A stretch of 64,000 nucleotides of DNA from Lobosporangium transversale. Taxonomy: Eukaryota. The notes beneath the pieces are model-generated. The model was not told where the DNA came from and ran no database searches. It saw only the letters and a program-made list of their open reading frames with translations. Both the position numbers and the translations under genes were made by a program. The stretch is from positions 496,001 to 560,000 of the forward strand of contig NW_019029004.1 of assembly GCF_002105155.1 (NCBI RefSeq), given 5' to 3'. Within the stretch, counting starts at the first letter, position 1. Every line of letters begins with the position of its first letter. Of the stretch, positions 24,592 through 37,974 are shown piece after piece.

Positions 24592-27243
24592 TACCTCCAG
24601 GTACAATACAATCAAATAGCCACCGTGATGACAATAATGTCTCGATCTCCACGATCACTTTCTGCGCTTTATCCTACATGTGGCATTACGCGAATACCAC
24701 AAAATAATACATGGTCGAATAAACACCTAGTTCACATGTCTACATCGCACTAATACTTCAATTTTCTTGCTCTTTTTTTTTTTTTATTCTTTTTTAGTAT
24801 TCGTAAGCATACCTTCAGGGTCGACTCCCACATCATCATTTTGGATCGTTGTCCTTCGCCAGTAGTAGGTTTAGAAGTCAAATGATCTTTCCATTCCTCA
24901 TACAATAGGCGCGTACTAAATAAATCCCGATAATAAAAATGCTCATGTGTATTTGATTGAATAACCGTATCCTGCGATCCTTGTGGCTGTTGTGATTGCA
25001 ACTCCCTGAACTGGAGTTGTCCCACTTCTGCTGGGAGGCTATTGAAAAGCGCTAGCGCAGCGTTCAGGCGACCTTGCAGTAAGTAACGCCTTGCCAACGA
25101 GTTGCTGCGGAGCAAACATTCCTGATACTGATGTTCATCAAACGTAAGCCACTCCATGGCCTTAATGGCTGTCTTCTCTTCTGTCGTTGATGAAGACTCA
25201 ATGCTCCATTGAAGATTTGCCATGTAATCAACATCTCTCCTTTCAAGATCATCCTTGATATTTTCTAATAAAGCATCCACAGTTGCTGTAAGGATTTTGT
25301 GCATATCCAGTCTATTTCTCCGGATAATATTCACATGTTCTTGACGATCCTTTTTGGATCCATTGATTGCTAAAAGAAGAGAAGTGTAGTTATTCGTTAA
25401 AATGTAAACGTATGAGAGATATATTATAGTATTACTAGTTATAATAAGCTTGATGGTTCTTACTTATGAGATATGAAGAGCAGGCTTCGACTTGAAGTTG
25501 AACAGGTAGGAATGATGCATAAAGTGGAGCTAAATCATACTAATAAGTGGATATAAAAAGAAAATGAAATTAACTTAGTTTAAGGTCCAAAATAGAATGG
25601 CAATGTCCTCAATTTCAATCAATGTGTAAATAATATCAAATGACCAAATAGTCAGTCAGCCCATTACCATTTTCCTGGAAATCAAGTAATCAACATATGA
25701 CTTGATAAAATAATTGCCGGCATCTTTGGGAACATGGGCTTCCTTTGACTGCAGTAAAAGGACAAAATGTGCCATAAAACGCAAGAGGTGGGGTTGAATG
25801 GGTGAGCCATTTTTACTAGACGCTTGGGCTTCCTTGGCCATCTTGACAAGGAGCTGATCTGTCTGTCCCAAGATAATACTCATTTGAACTCTTCTGAACG
25901 TCTCCTGAGATGCATTCTTAACCTCCTGGTTATCACTGTTCATCAAGTTGTTAAAAATATCTTTAGCTGAAGTGACAGTTGATGCTGGAAGAGGGAGGGC
26001 TTTGCTTGCTCCTCCACGGTTGAATTGCCCCAAACGCGCTTCATTCATGCTTTCCACAAGCGCGTTGTATTGAGCCCATGCATGATCCTCCCAACTTGTG
26101 CACACTGGCAAAACCGAAGAAACATCTCCGCAAAGAGCGCCATATATTGCCCTTTCATATTTATCTACTGTTGGCTCAGTCGCAAGTGCATAGCATGTGC
26201 CCTTCCAAAGACTGCGTGTTTTGTTGCCATGGCGGTCGTCCTCACGATCATACACAGGATCTTTGAACGCGATGGGTACAGAATAAAAGCTTCCTCCTCC
26301 AATGCTTTCTGCTCGCCAGTGCTCGTTTGCCTTAATACAAGCCCTCTTGGCATCCTCCACATTTCCACGTCGGATGTATTCCCAAACTGTCCTCAATAGA
26401 TCTTGCTCAGCTCGCTGATTGCCTTCACCGAGTTTGGTGCCATCACGCGTGGTTGCATCCGGATCTATATAGACCTTTTTGCTAAGAGGTGATGTTGCTG
26501 AATGAGTTCGAGGCGCCCCAAAAGCGAGGGTTGGTCGCGAAAATGTATTATTAGTTTGTTGTGCATATGTCTTTGCTAAAGCAATTGGCGTAAATTCTGG
26601 CGCGATAGTTTCAAGCCATGTTTTGACTGCAAGGTGATGCTTGTAGTTATTGTCCATATTAGCCAAATGCTCTATCAGGTCGAGATCAGACCATTCGAGC
26701 ACTTCCGATCCTTTGCCCACATATGCGGTCTTCTTTTCAAAAGTATTGAAGAGTATAGTCAAGAGGAGCCATGTATGGCTTTCAGATTGCCATAGTTTGT
26801 ATTCATCTACTGCGCTAAAAGTACGATATCCGGCATCTGAATCCTTTCTGTATTCTAGTTGTTGAGCGCGGGTGGAGCAAAGAATATCAAATTCCGGAAG
26901 GATAGCGACCATGTCAATATCTGCCTCTAATGAGGAGCCGATTCGGAGACGCTGAAGCTTTTCCAGTGGACGCGCGAATTTTTGAAACTCGATTCCTGTT
27001 TCAAATGTCTCTTGAAAAGTTTCTGCTGCATCATCCTATATCACCATTTTTCAAGTTCCGGATATTGAAGAAAAATAAAAATAAAAACAAGCTGGTATTA
27101 GATGACTGCATAATTTAATAGTTTGAGGCCCTACATTTTAAAAAGTTGAAAGCTCACGGAGTCTTATGATGTGACCATACAAATGTAGTGCTGATAAAGG
27201 GCTTTTTTTTAGAAGCTGTTAAACTAGGAACAGGGCTACTATG

Positions 27244-27274
<31 letters not shown>

Positions 27275-27464
27275 AAGCAGGACGTGATGGCCCATTAGCA
27301 CATGGGCTTCATTTAGTGATCTGAAGTTGCATCGCGAGCCTCAAAGCTGTTGAGGGTTTAATCTTTTACCTTTCCGTGTCTACATCCACGTCCATGTCCT
27401 TGTCCTTGGGTGTGGTATTGAAGTCTGAAAACCCTGCGAATGATTTTGAACTATTCCATGCCAT
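24204..27464 (-). CDS. NUP84: Nucleoporin Nup84/Nup107
   Basis: Multi-exon gene from ATG 27464 (MAWNSSKSF...). Motifs DPDATTRDG, WEYIRRG, HWRAESIGG, LWKGTC, YERAIYGALCG, CTSWEDHAWA; C-terminal ELKRLRQIYISELV. Confidence 0.9.
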
Positions 27465-27796
27465 TGTTTAAACACGACTAATGATGGTTCTCTATGATTA
27501 GCCCTTGAATATGCTTACTATGGCGAAATAGCAGATGGCTACCCTAATGCTTTTGTTGGCTCAGCGCTTAGTCGCGTCAAAGAGAGGATTGGGGATGGTA
27601 AAGAAGCAAACCGATCCCAATGTGATTTATTTGTGGCTGGACTAGTCTGTCAATAATTCAAGGGCAGAATTAAAGTGCGGAAAAAGGTGGTATTATACAA
27701 GCTTTCTGAACGTGAAATAATGGTATCATTTATTCATTAAGCAAAAACATTGTAAGGAAAGACTTTCTGACCATATTCTTGCAACGAAGAGGAGTC

Positions 27797-29235
27797 ATGC
27801 GCCCTGTTGGAATGCTTCTTGGGCGGAAGGCGTGCATCGTCGGACCAATGGCGGCGCAATGGGCAGCAGCTGTTGTTCAACCAAGAGTTCTGCCGAACTT
27901 GGCTGTAAGAAGCCTTTCAGGAACAGCCGCCCTTCGAAAACAACTTGACTCTGGGGATAATTCCTCAGCTTCAACAGCATCGGATATGACTAACTTATCG
28001 GCTGAATCAATCGTCCTATCTGCTGACTTGACTGTGGATTCACCTATATCTCAAGCATCTACTCAAGTCAATGCTCTCCTTGCCAGTACACATTATATAC
28101 TGGAATGTATACATGCCGTAGGCCTTCCCTGGTGGGCGACCATCTTTTGTGCAACATTTTTGCTCCGCACAGCTATCACCACTCCAGTAGCGATCTATCA
28201 GCAACGAGCTGTGGGAAGGATGATGATGTTAACGCCAGTGCTCCAGGCTTGGTTGGAGACACTCAAGGCCAGTGTGAGTATCGATCATAAGCTCAAAGAT
28301 CGCGACTATTCAACTTTCAATCAGGAAATTCAGAACGCAGTAGGTATTTCACTTCTTTTATGACCATTATTGCAGTTTGACTTTTGACTCGGGGTATGAT
28401 AGGAAGAAAGGAAAGGATAATAACATTCGTTTTTCAAATGAATTGCTTCTCCTTTTTGGATTCTTTTCATCGCATCTAGTATCGCGCCAAAGTCAAGGAA
28501 TTGTATTCTAAGCATAAGTGTAATCCCCGTGTCAGTTTTCTGTTACCTTGGGTTCAAATACCGCTCTTTGTTACTATGTCGTTGACGATTCGAGGCATGG
28601 CTGGATACCCTTTACCTTTCTTGGGTGACTCTAGGCTCGTGCCTGAATCAGGGTTTACAGAGGGCGGCACTCTTTGGTTTACAGACCTAGCAGCCTCAGA
28701 TCCAACATGGATCATGCCGGTTGCCATTGGCGCCACTAACCTACTCAATGTTGAGGTAATGTTTAACGTCCTTTGGTGTTCAGAAAGCGAGAGTTTATTA
28801 GTTGCCATTAAGGCTTGAACAAAATAAAAAGCTTACTAAGCTTCAAATTTCTGACCCTGGAATCTTTTCATAGATGAACAGCTCGATGATGAGTAAAACT
28901 CCTACAAGGAACCAAATTATTTTCCGCAACCTGTTCCGCGCTCTATCCATAAGCATGATTCCTATTGCACATGAGGTGCCCATGGTAAGGAACGAAGCTG
29001 AATAATAATAATAAAAAAAAAAGATAGTCATACCTTTTGTTGTTGTCGTTATTGTTGCTTGAGTGGTTGCTTTGGACCTCTGTAAAGCTAACCTTTGCTC
29101 ACTATCAATCAGGCTATTTGCCTATATTGGCTTTCATCAGGAACATACAGTGTCGTTCAAAACCTTGCATTCCGTATGCCTGGTGTTAGGCGATGGTTGA
29201 AGTTACCACCTCTACCCAAACAAGCTCTCCAGTAA
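27797..29235 (+). CDS. COX18: Mitochondrial inner-membrane insertase Cox18 (Oxa1/YidC family)
   Basis: Arg-rich presequence; GLPWWATI..TFLLR, LPWVQIPLFVTMSLTIR, EGGTLWFTDL..DPT, AICLYWLSS...VQN across 4 exons. Confidence 0.88.
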
Positions 29236-29244
29236 AAGATTGAT

Positions 29245-29282
<38 letters not shown>

Positions 29283-29386
29283 AATATCTTTAATAGAGTA
29301 GTATACAATAAAATATGCGATTCTAATTAATATGTAGTAAAAAAAATTGTGAAAGAGCAACAAGTGATAAAGGTCGAAAAGAAGTA

Positions 29387-30169
29387 TTAAGACGATGTCA
29401 TCATAACATCCCCATCCCCATCGTTATCATGGTTATAATCATTGTCACCACCACGCATAGAGGTTCTGTGTGCTGTGGTTCTCTCATTGTCATTATCCTT
29501 AGAAGAGCGGCTGTTATCATCATCGTCGTTCATATCCATCATGACAATAGCTGGCTTTTTGTTGATGGTTGGCGACGTGCTTAATGTTGAAGAGTCTTTT
29601 TTGATGTCGCTAGGGTTGATGATGATATCTTCTTCTTTGATATCCTTCTTAAGATCAAACACACCCAATCCCAAGTCCATTTCGATATATTGTTCACCGC
29701 TCTCCTCATCCACATTCTCAATATCTAGAGCTTTAGGGTCCTGTTTGATCTGCTGTTCCAGCTGAGCATTGGCCTCCTTGATCTTTGGGAGAAAATCCTC
29801 AAGACGTGCCAATACTAATAGAAAAGAAGCAACAGACAAACACATTCATGCATAGAAAGAGTTAATAACAGCTGATGATGGGGAAAAGGACACATCTGAT
29901 ACATCGATCTCAAAAAGAAAATGGCCTACTACTTACAGTCAGATTGAACCCTGAATGTTTTACGCTCGCCTGTCGACTTTTTATCCTCATCAGACGTAGA
30001 GGAGGTAGAGGCTTTGTTGCCGCTCAAAAGGTTGCCTGTGAAATGGAGAAAAAGCAAATTAATTGGCTTTTCACACATAAACATGCAGCAAGATCCGCGT
30101 GGCGACTAATCATGGACATTTACTAATGAGTTCGTCCTTGGAGGAGAGGTCCAGCCGTGGGTTTGACAT
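29387..30169 (-). CDS. NOPCHAP1/DUF4598-like box C/D snoRNP assembly chaperone
   Basis: Three predicted exons starting MSNPRLDL. Core LLARLEDFLPKIKEANAQL...DIENVDEE...YIEMDLGLGVFD matches the DUF4598 signature from recall. Confidence 0.75.
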
Positions 30170-30403
30170 GGTGGGTAATAAAGAAGGTCTAATGGGGTTC
30201 AACAACCATGCAATGAGTTTTTTGTACCCGCCAATTGTTTTAAGGGGCCGTGCACGATTTTTGTCTCTTGAGTTTCTATGACTCTTAAAAAAAAAAAAAA
30301 AAAAAAATAACAGACCACTTGTCAGACTTTCACTTTGGATACGCCCAGCTTTCTTTTTCTTCTGAAATCATCATTTGTCTATATTCAACCATTCGAAATA
30401 ATC

Positions 30404-30749
30404 ATGCTGGACATCAATCTCTTCTTGGAGGAACGAGGAGGCGAGCCTGAACGCATTCGTGAATCCCAACGCCGGAGACATGAGTCTGTCGAACTCGTCG
30501 ACGAAATCATTGCCCTCTATGAAGATTGGAAGACAAGTAGGTGAAACAGACTAGTAAACCCCACAGGGACCCCTAAGCCAAGCAAAGGAAGTCTCGAACT
30601 CGCATATCGAAAGCTGACTACATTTGTGTCTAACGTCGCGTAATAGCGACAGATGTCATTGTCGTTATTATATATTTCGATAAATTACTGTCTTCAATCA
30701 AGATGATTTATCGAAGACAACAATGGACGTCTCTAATTTTAACTGTTGC

Positions 30750-30782
<33 letters not shown>

Positions 30783-32459
30783 TTGCTTACCACAATATCT
30801 TCTTTAAGCTCGTTTCAATCTTGATCAGTTAAACAAGAAGTCCAACGCTATCCAGAAAGAGATCGGTGTGAAGATGAAGGTAATACCTTTGTCTAGCGAC
30901 TCTACCTTATTATTTAATGGAAGACTTTTTCGACTTACTTTTGCAATGGGAAATGGAATATACATCGGATAACTAATACTGAAGTAATTGATTGACATGG
31001 TCTGGTATGACCCATGGCTCACCTACAGAAAAAGGAGGATGCTTCTGATCTCATCCAGGCCCGTCTCGACAATAAGAAGGAGCAAGAGACTTTGGAAGTC
31101 GATCTCAAAGCCAAGGAGGCCTTATGGACTGCCAAGTTGAGCTTAATTGGAAACTTGGTTCATGACTCTGTTCCTGTCTCGGATAACGAGGTAAATGACA
31201 GTAATGAATCATTGTTGAATGGAAGATTAATTTTGATGGCATGAGGCGCAGCAGATAATATGAATACCGCCTGCGGTTATTGTCATAACTAATTTTTTTA
31301 TTTTATTTTATTTTATTTTATTTTATTTTTTTGAATGTGCTCTGACTCATTCATTAAAAAGGACAACAACGTTGTTGAGAGGACTTACTTCCACAATGGC
31401 AAGAATCCTGAACACAACCCCAAGATCTATTCCCATGATGAGGTTCTCTACCGTCTGGGAGCCTATGATCCCGAGCGTGGACATAAGGTCGCTTCTCATC
31501 GTGGTTACTTCTTAACGGATGTGGGTGTTGAACTCAATATGGCTCTTGTGAACTATGGGCTCTCATTCTTGGGCAAGCGAGGTTACAAGAAGCTCCAGAC
31601 CCCCTACTTTATGAAGAAGGAGGCCATGGCCCAGACCGCCCAGCTGTCCCAGTTCGATGAGGAGTTGTACAAGGTCACTGGAGATAACGAGGATATGTAT
31701 TTGATTGCCACCTCCGAGCAACCCATTTCTGCTTTCCATGCCAACGAATGGTTTGAGCAACCTAAGGAGCAGTTGCCCATCAAGTATGCTGGTTATTCAA
31801 CCTGCTTCCGTAAAGAGGCTGGCGCTGCTGGCCGTGATACCTGGGGTATTTTCCGCGTCCATCAATTTGAGAAGGTAGAGCAGTTCTGTTTAACAGAGCC
31901 AGAGAAATCTTGGGAGATGTTTGACCACATGATCCAGAACTCAGAGGAGTTTTACCAGTCTCTCGGTCTCTCATATCGTATTGTGTCCATTGTTTCGGGA
32001 GCACTCAACAATGCTGCAGCTAAAAAGTATGATCTGGAGGCATGGTTCCCTTTCCAAGGTGCCTATAAGGAATTGGTCTCGTGCTCAAACTGCACAGACT
32101 ATCAGTCCCGTAACTTGGAGATTCGGTGCGGAATCAAGAAGATGGGCGATCGTGAGAAGAGATATGTCCATTGTTTGAATTCGACTTTGACTGCAACTAC
32201 GCGTACCTTGTCGTGTATCCTCGAGAATTATCAGACTCCTGAGGGTATTCGCGTCCCCGAGCCACTGATCCCTTACATGGACGGACGCGATTTCTTACCT
32301 TTTGTTCGTGAACTTAAAAGCCCAAAGGTAAAGGCCAAAGGATATGCTTATTTTATTTGCCACATTTATTGCAAACGAAGCCCAGAGATGCATATAATCG
32401 ATCGACTGATGTTAACCTTTCTCTTTTTCTTTTATTTTTTTTCTTGGTGATAGAAATAA
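30404..32459 (+). CDS. SES1: Cytosolic seryl-tRNA synthetase
   Basis: MLDINLF...IRESQRRR N-terminus; [54 protein letters not shown]. Five exons, with the last predicted as AAA TAA at 32454-32459. Confidence 0.96.
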
Positions 32460-32933
32460 GCGCGAGACCTGTATCTAGGAAAACGAGATAAAATACCCGC
32501 CAGCGCGCGGATAGAAAAAAAGAAAAGAAAAGAAAAAAAAAGAATAAAAGCATTCCGAGGAGGGAGCAAGAATAGGATAGGGATATTTAGATCTACCATT
32601 TACTGCTTTCACATTCATCACACGCCCAACACAATAAACAAACACGAGAATTTCAATAAACGCGATGAGAGCAATGCATCAACATGGCGCAGTATATATT
32701 CCCAATTGGGAAGTATTTTAGCCCATTATTGGGGCGATCGGGGCTAATGGGCAAACTTGGTGAGACAGAAGTTGTGTGGAGTTGAAAGAGTCGATCGAAA
32801 GTAGAGACTGATTTGATCCTTTGGGCTATGTCCTGGAAGTTTAGTCAGGCTAATGCTAATATCCATGTTGATAATGTTCATTTCACCTATCCTTGCAGCA
32901 TTGCAGCGTATAAATGATATAAACAAGTTCGAA

Positions 32934-32965
<32 letters not shown>

Positions 32966-33134
32966 GTTATTTAAAACAAGCGCTCACATTTCAAATCTCC
33001 TTTTCTCTCCAACACATTCAAATCAGCTTTCTGTTTTGTTTTTCATTCTTCATTCCTCTTTTTTCTTACTCTGTTACTTATAAGCACTACTTTTTTTTCT
33101 TTTTCTTTTTTCTTTTCTTTTCTTGTCGCCACTC

Positions 33135-34256
33135 ATGATCAACGACGCAAACAACATCGTGCTGGCCGTTGTAAGGATTTCAAATTCAGCGTCTTTTTTT
33201 TTTTTTTTCTTTCTTTTTTTTTTTTGTTTGTTTGTTTAAAAAGAGTTGTTAATAATTATAAAAAAACGCGTTCTGTACAGCTCGGCGCTGTAGGAAATGG
33301 AAAATCATCTACTTTGAATTCTATTATTCAGGAACCACTTTTTCAGTCTGGCCGTTCTGTTGGTGTAAGTAAAAGAAAAAAAAAATCTTTTTTTTTTTTT
33401 TTTTCTAAAGATCAACATAAAGGGACATGTGCATTACAAATCCACTTTCTTCAAGGATGGGATGATTTCGTTCACGAAAAGCTTCTCTTCTCCCCTCTGA
33501 GGGTTTCGACGGTTTTCTTATAAATCAGGGGCGGGGGCCATGCGGATAGTACTCTTCTTCTCCGGCCAAATCAAGCCTTAATAAGATGAAGGAAAAAAAA
33601 AAAAAAAAAAAAAAAAACGATGAAGATAACTATGTCTTGACAAGAGTTTGAGTTATTTAATTGAATCTGATCCGAACATTATGTCTTGTTTCCTTTTTTC
33701 ATCTAGGCCGTGACGCAGCACATCGGAAGTTGTGTTCGCCACTGGAAGCTTCCCGAAGTCGGAAGAACCGTTCATATTGTTGACACGTAAGTTTGTAATT
33801 GCAATTGTATAAACATGTATATATTATATATATACTTTTTTTTTTTTTTTTGTGTTGCCGAAGTCCTACCATGCTATGCAACATGTATCACCTCAATAAC
33901 AAATCGACAAAAAAATTCTGGAAGTCGATGCAGGGTCGATGGCGCAGTCGTTGCTGAATACGAAGAACACCGAAAGGTCGAAAAAATAAAATAAAATAAA
34001 ATAAAAGGAATTAAGCTTGACGGGAAGGGAGATGAGGAGGAAATCAGGGAGGAGGCGAAAGAGAATGTGATGTTGGAAAGGGCTGCATAAGTCTCAATCA
34101 TGTGGGACTGTCGCTTATTGGATTGCCACTTCTTTTTGGAATACCATTTTTCTGAATTGTCTACTTCTTACTGGTGGAAGTTTTAGATGGACATCTGTTG
34201 GCAGTGCTCAATGCTCAGTGACAACAAACCCAAACTTTACGCACTCACACTCTCTG

Positions 34257-34295
<39 letters not shown>

Positions 34296-35114
34296 TACAA
34301 AAAAATGCTACGTTAGCCCTGGAATGTGCGAGTCAACATATAAGGATGTAGAGAATGTGCACTTGATGGTGGAGTTTTTCAAGACCTTGTCCCATGGCGT
34401 AAGCGCGTTTGTACTCGTTTTCAACATCCATAATACAAGGTAAGCATAACAACCATAACAACATAACATTGTTAATAAAATTGTCTTTGACAGAGTGCTC
34501 CACCTACGACATGAGGTTTTAAGCTTTTATCTTTTTTTATAAAAAAAAAATACAAAAAGACTGGATGAATATACAAAAAATATGCTGCGGCTGTTTGAGC
34601 GTCTACTGGGTCAACATTTCTGGAAACATGTTGTCATCGTTTTTACACACGTAGACGAGGATCAACGGGATTATCTGGATCAGAACATTGATGCATTAAC
34701 AGATCCTTCGGAGGGCTTTGTCAAAGTGTTGAGTCAATGGTTCAACCTGCCTTATCAACCCCCATTGGTGTTCCTGTCCAACAAAGATACACGCTATAGC
34801 AGCTATGCTCGAGAGTGCTTCCAGGAACTCTATGAAGCCGTCGTATCAGTTGAGGAGGGCGCCAGGAGAGCCAAATTTACATGTACCTTTTTCCAAGAAG
34901 TGAACAATAGGGTAAGTTAGCTCATCTTTATGCCAACACTATAGACATCAAAGACAAACGCCCGTGTATTGATTTTTTGTTTCTTATTTCTCTATAGATC
35001 GGTGTTGCTCAAGACAACTTTATTGTTCAGAGTATTCGCCACGCTGCGGTGTCGATCCCTCAAATGGTTCAGACTGGTACAAGGAACGTTGTTAATGCCT
35101 GCAATGTCATGTAG
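33135..35114 (+). CDS. AIG1/GIMAP/Toc34-like P-loop GTPase with C-terminal CaaX box
   Basis: Six exons in frame (33135-33170, 33281-33364, 33707-33786, 34317-34439, 34560-34911, 34998-35114). G1 GAVGNGKSST, G2 AVT, G3 IVDTPG, G4-like VFTHVD; ends NACNVM*. Confidence 0.85.
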
Positions 35115-35565
35115 AGGGGAAAAGAAAAAATGAAAAAGAAAAAGAAAAAAAGTTTTGTTCATAGCATGTGGTAACCAGCATGGGGCCCTTCTCTAAAGCG
35201 AAAGCAAAAATATATATTTATTCATTTATTTATAAGACTCGTCCAGCATCTTATTTTAGCATTCCATGAAGTAAAATTACCCGGTACACAGAAAGAACAA
35301 CGGTTATACATGTACATTTACATTGTGCGATGCGCAGTACATGGTACGCGTCGACACCCCGCGTGATGCACTTGAGCATTGATTTATCACTGCGGTGGAT
35401 GATCGAAATAAGGCTGTAAAGTGAAAGCATTGACGCTTCGTATGTATATCATCATTAATAGATACAATCTGGGATGTTGACAACAACTAACATGGCCAAA
35501 AGAAGTAATGTTGGATAGTATATAACAACGCAGGTGTAGCAGGAGAAAACAGAGTATGTATTTCC

Positions 35566-35867
35566 TTGAGGATCTGATAAGCTTGTTATGAGCGCAGTTC
35601 CAATTTTTTTTTTTTTTTTTTTTTTTATATATTTGCCCTACGTGGATGACTCCTTTCTGGAGCAACAGTAAAGAAAAGAGCGAGACTAAAAAATAAAAAA
35701 ATAAAAAAATAAAAAAAAGAAACTTGTATATGTACTTCTAACAATGATATATATATATTTCAACCGGGGTTTAATTAGCATAGAGAAGAGATGGAAGAAC
35801 CGTTTGTGCTGATTGAATCAAGGACAGTAGATATGATAGAGCACAATGGATTTTGAGGATCTGATAA
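35566..35867 (+). promoter_or_regulatory. Two copies of TTGAGGATCTGATAA containing the ATCWGATAA iron-GATA (SreA-type) motif
   Basis: Identical 15-mers at 35566-35580 and 35853-35867, upstream of a TATA-like TATAAAA near 36045 and the mitoferrin gene. Confidence 0.55.
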
Positions 35868-37098
35868 TGATTAAAGGATAAGAAAGAGGACAATTTAATC
35901 CCCGGAGGATGCCCATCTGCTTTAATGATTGAGGTCAACTGCGCAAAGGGGAAAAAGAGGAAAAGAGGAATGGTTTTCAACCGCCGCTTGTTCGTTTGGT
36001 TTAGTGAAAGAGCTCTGTATAGTAACATGCAGTCGAATCAGTTGTATAAAAGACAAGCTTTTTTTTTTAAACTTCTTTCTTCCTCCTTTTACTTTTTCAA
36101 TCTTTTTCCTTATCTTTCTTACACATCATTGTTGCTTCTCCAACATTCATCCCAGCAACAACAACGAATTCATTCAGCCATCGCGCTTTATTATCAGGAT
36201 CTTGGCCCAATAATTATCATCATCACCGTTACTATTATTAACAACATTATTATCATTACACGAAAGGTAATTTTTCATTGAATACAAAAAATCTGATTGT
36301 ACAAGGCTTGGCTTGTCCTATCTAGTTTCTGTTTGGAGAGTTTTTTACAACTGGACATGAACAAGTCGCTCGATACAACAAAGCGTATGAAGTTGTACAA
36401 TGCCCGAGACCTCGTTATTTCTTTTTGCTTTCATTTTTATTCTCTCTTTGTTGAGCATGTATTACGGCTATTATGCCTTTGAGGAAAGAGGAAGGAGTAA
36501 ATATATGTTGCTATAGCATGTACGATTAGATATCTCTCCTATTCTCCTGTTTTACTGAATAGTTGATCAATTGATAAAAGAAGCTTACTCGAGAATCAAA
36601 AATGAGTTGGAAACCTTATTTTTGTTTTTGTGTACAAACATGTCACTTTGTGCCATGTGAAGGGAGAAGGAGAGAAGGGGAAAAAGTGATTGAAATTCGC
36701 CATGCAATTAAGCAGTTCAATCTACTTTTGAACCCTGCTTGTTTGAAAATGACTTGCGATTTTGTTTTGATCGCCCTGTTAAATGGGAACAACAAGTTTT
36801 ACGCATCAACTCACTTTATGTCTTTTTCTTTTCTTTTTATCTCTCTTACAACAAAACAGTGTTTTGTTTCTTTTTTCCTTTTAACCTTCAGCCTTCACCC
36901 TTTCTTCTTTTTTTTTATTTTTAACTTTCACGGCATTCGTTTTTTTTTATTATCGTTATTATTTACTCTTCCGTCTTTCTAATAACTGTTCTTTTTCATT
37001 CCTATATTTTGACAACCGTAAACAACGATAATAACCACAGCAACGACAACAGCAACAGCAACAGTCATCCTATTATCTCCTACTTCAACTTAGCAAGC

Positions 37099-37943
37099 AT
37101 GGCTCAAATTACTGAAGAGATCGATTATGAAGCTTTGCCCGAGAACGCTTCCTTGTCTGCCAGTTTGCTTGCCGGTGCCTTTGCCGGTATCGCTGAGCAT
37201 GCCATCATGTACCCTGTCGATTCGATCAAGGTAACGTAAGCAGTCATTTTATTGAAACCAATCCAAACTGCGCAAAAAAAAAAAAAAAAAAAAAAAAAAA
37301 CGTTATTCAACAACTGCATGTAATGAAGGCAAATATGGATCTGCGTGAATGAGAGAATCAATGGATCAACAAGTTGTGAAATTGTGCGAGTTTCAAATTT
37401 TTAACAAAGAGCAATCGTTGAAAACAGAAATCAGAGAATCAGAATGTTGATGACGATTGAGATTGAATTATGCCTTTTTCTTTTCTCTCTTCACCCCTCG
37501 CACTGGCATGTTGTGGAGGAAGAGAGATTATTTGTTGCAGCTCCCTTAATAAACAGGCGAGTTTTGGATAGCCCTCTAACACTCACGTCATTTTTTATCT
37601 TTTTAAAAATTCTTGATCGCTTTAGACAAGAATGCAAATCCTTCAACCTACTCCTCAGGCCGTATACAGTGGAGTCATCAATGCTGTCTCCAAGATCTCA
37701 ACAACAGAGGGTGCAAAAACGTTGTGGAGAGGCGTCAACTCTGTGATCTTGGGTGCAGGACCTGCTCACGCTCTCTACTTTGGCACATATGAGTATGCTA
37801 AGGATGCATTTGGAGGCAATGGAATTGGGCATCATCCCCTTGCTGCAGGTAAGAAAAGATAAGAAGAAAAAAATTGCTATCAGCTATTTTCTTTAACAGT
37901 AAACGTATTGCCGAGATAACAGTAATACAGTACAGTTGGAAGG

Positions 37944-37974
<31 letters not shown>

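Noticed and set aside
30335..30403. In-frame TTG-initiated N-terminal extension of SerRS (possible mitochondrial isoform)
   Set aside because: Not Arg-rich or amphipathic and contains acidic residues; no support as a presequence.
32718..32752. Overlapping 7-8 bp inverted repeats (ttagccc/gggctaa, gcccatta/taatgggc) downstream of SES1
   Set aside because: Short stems, no SECIS-like core and no in-frame UGA in neighbouring genes.
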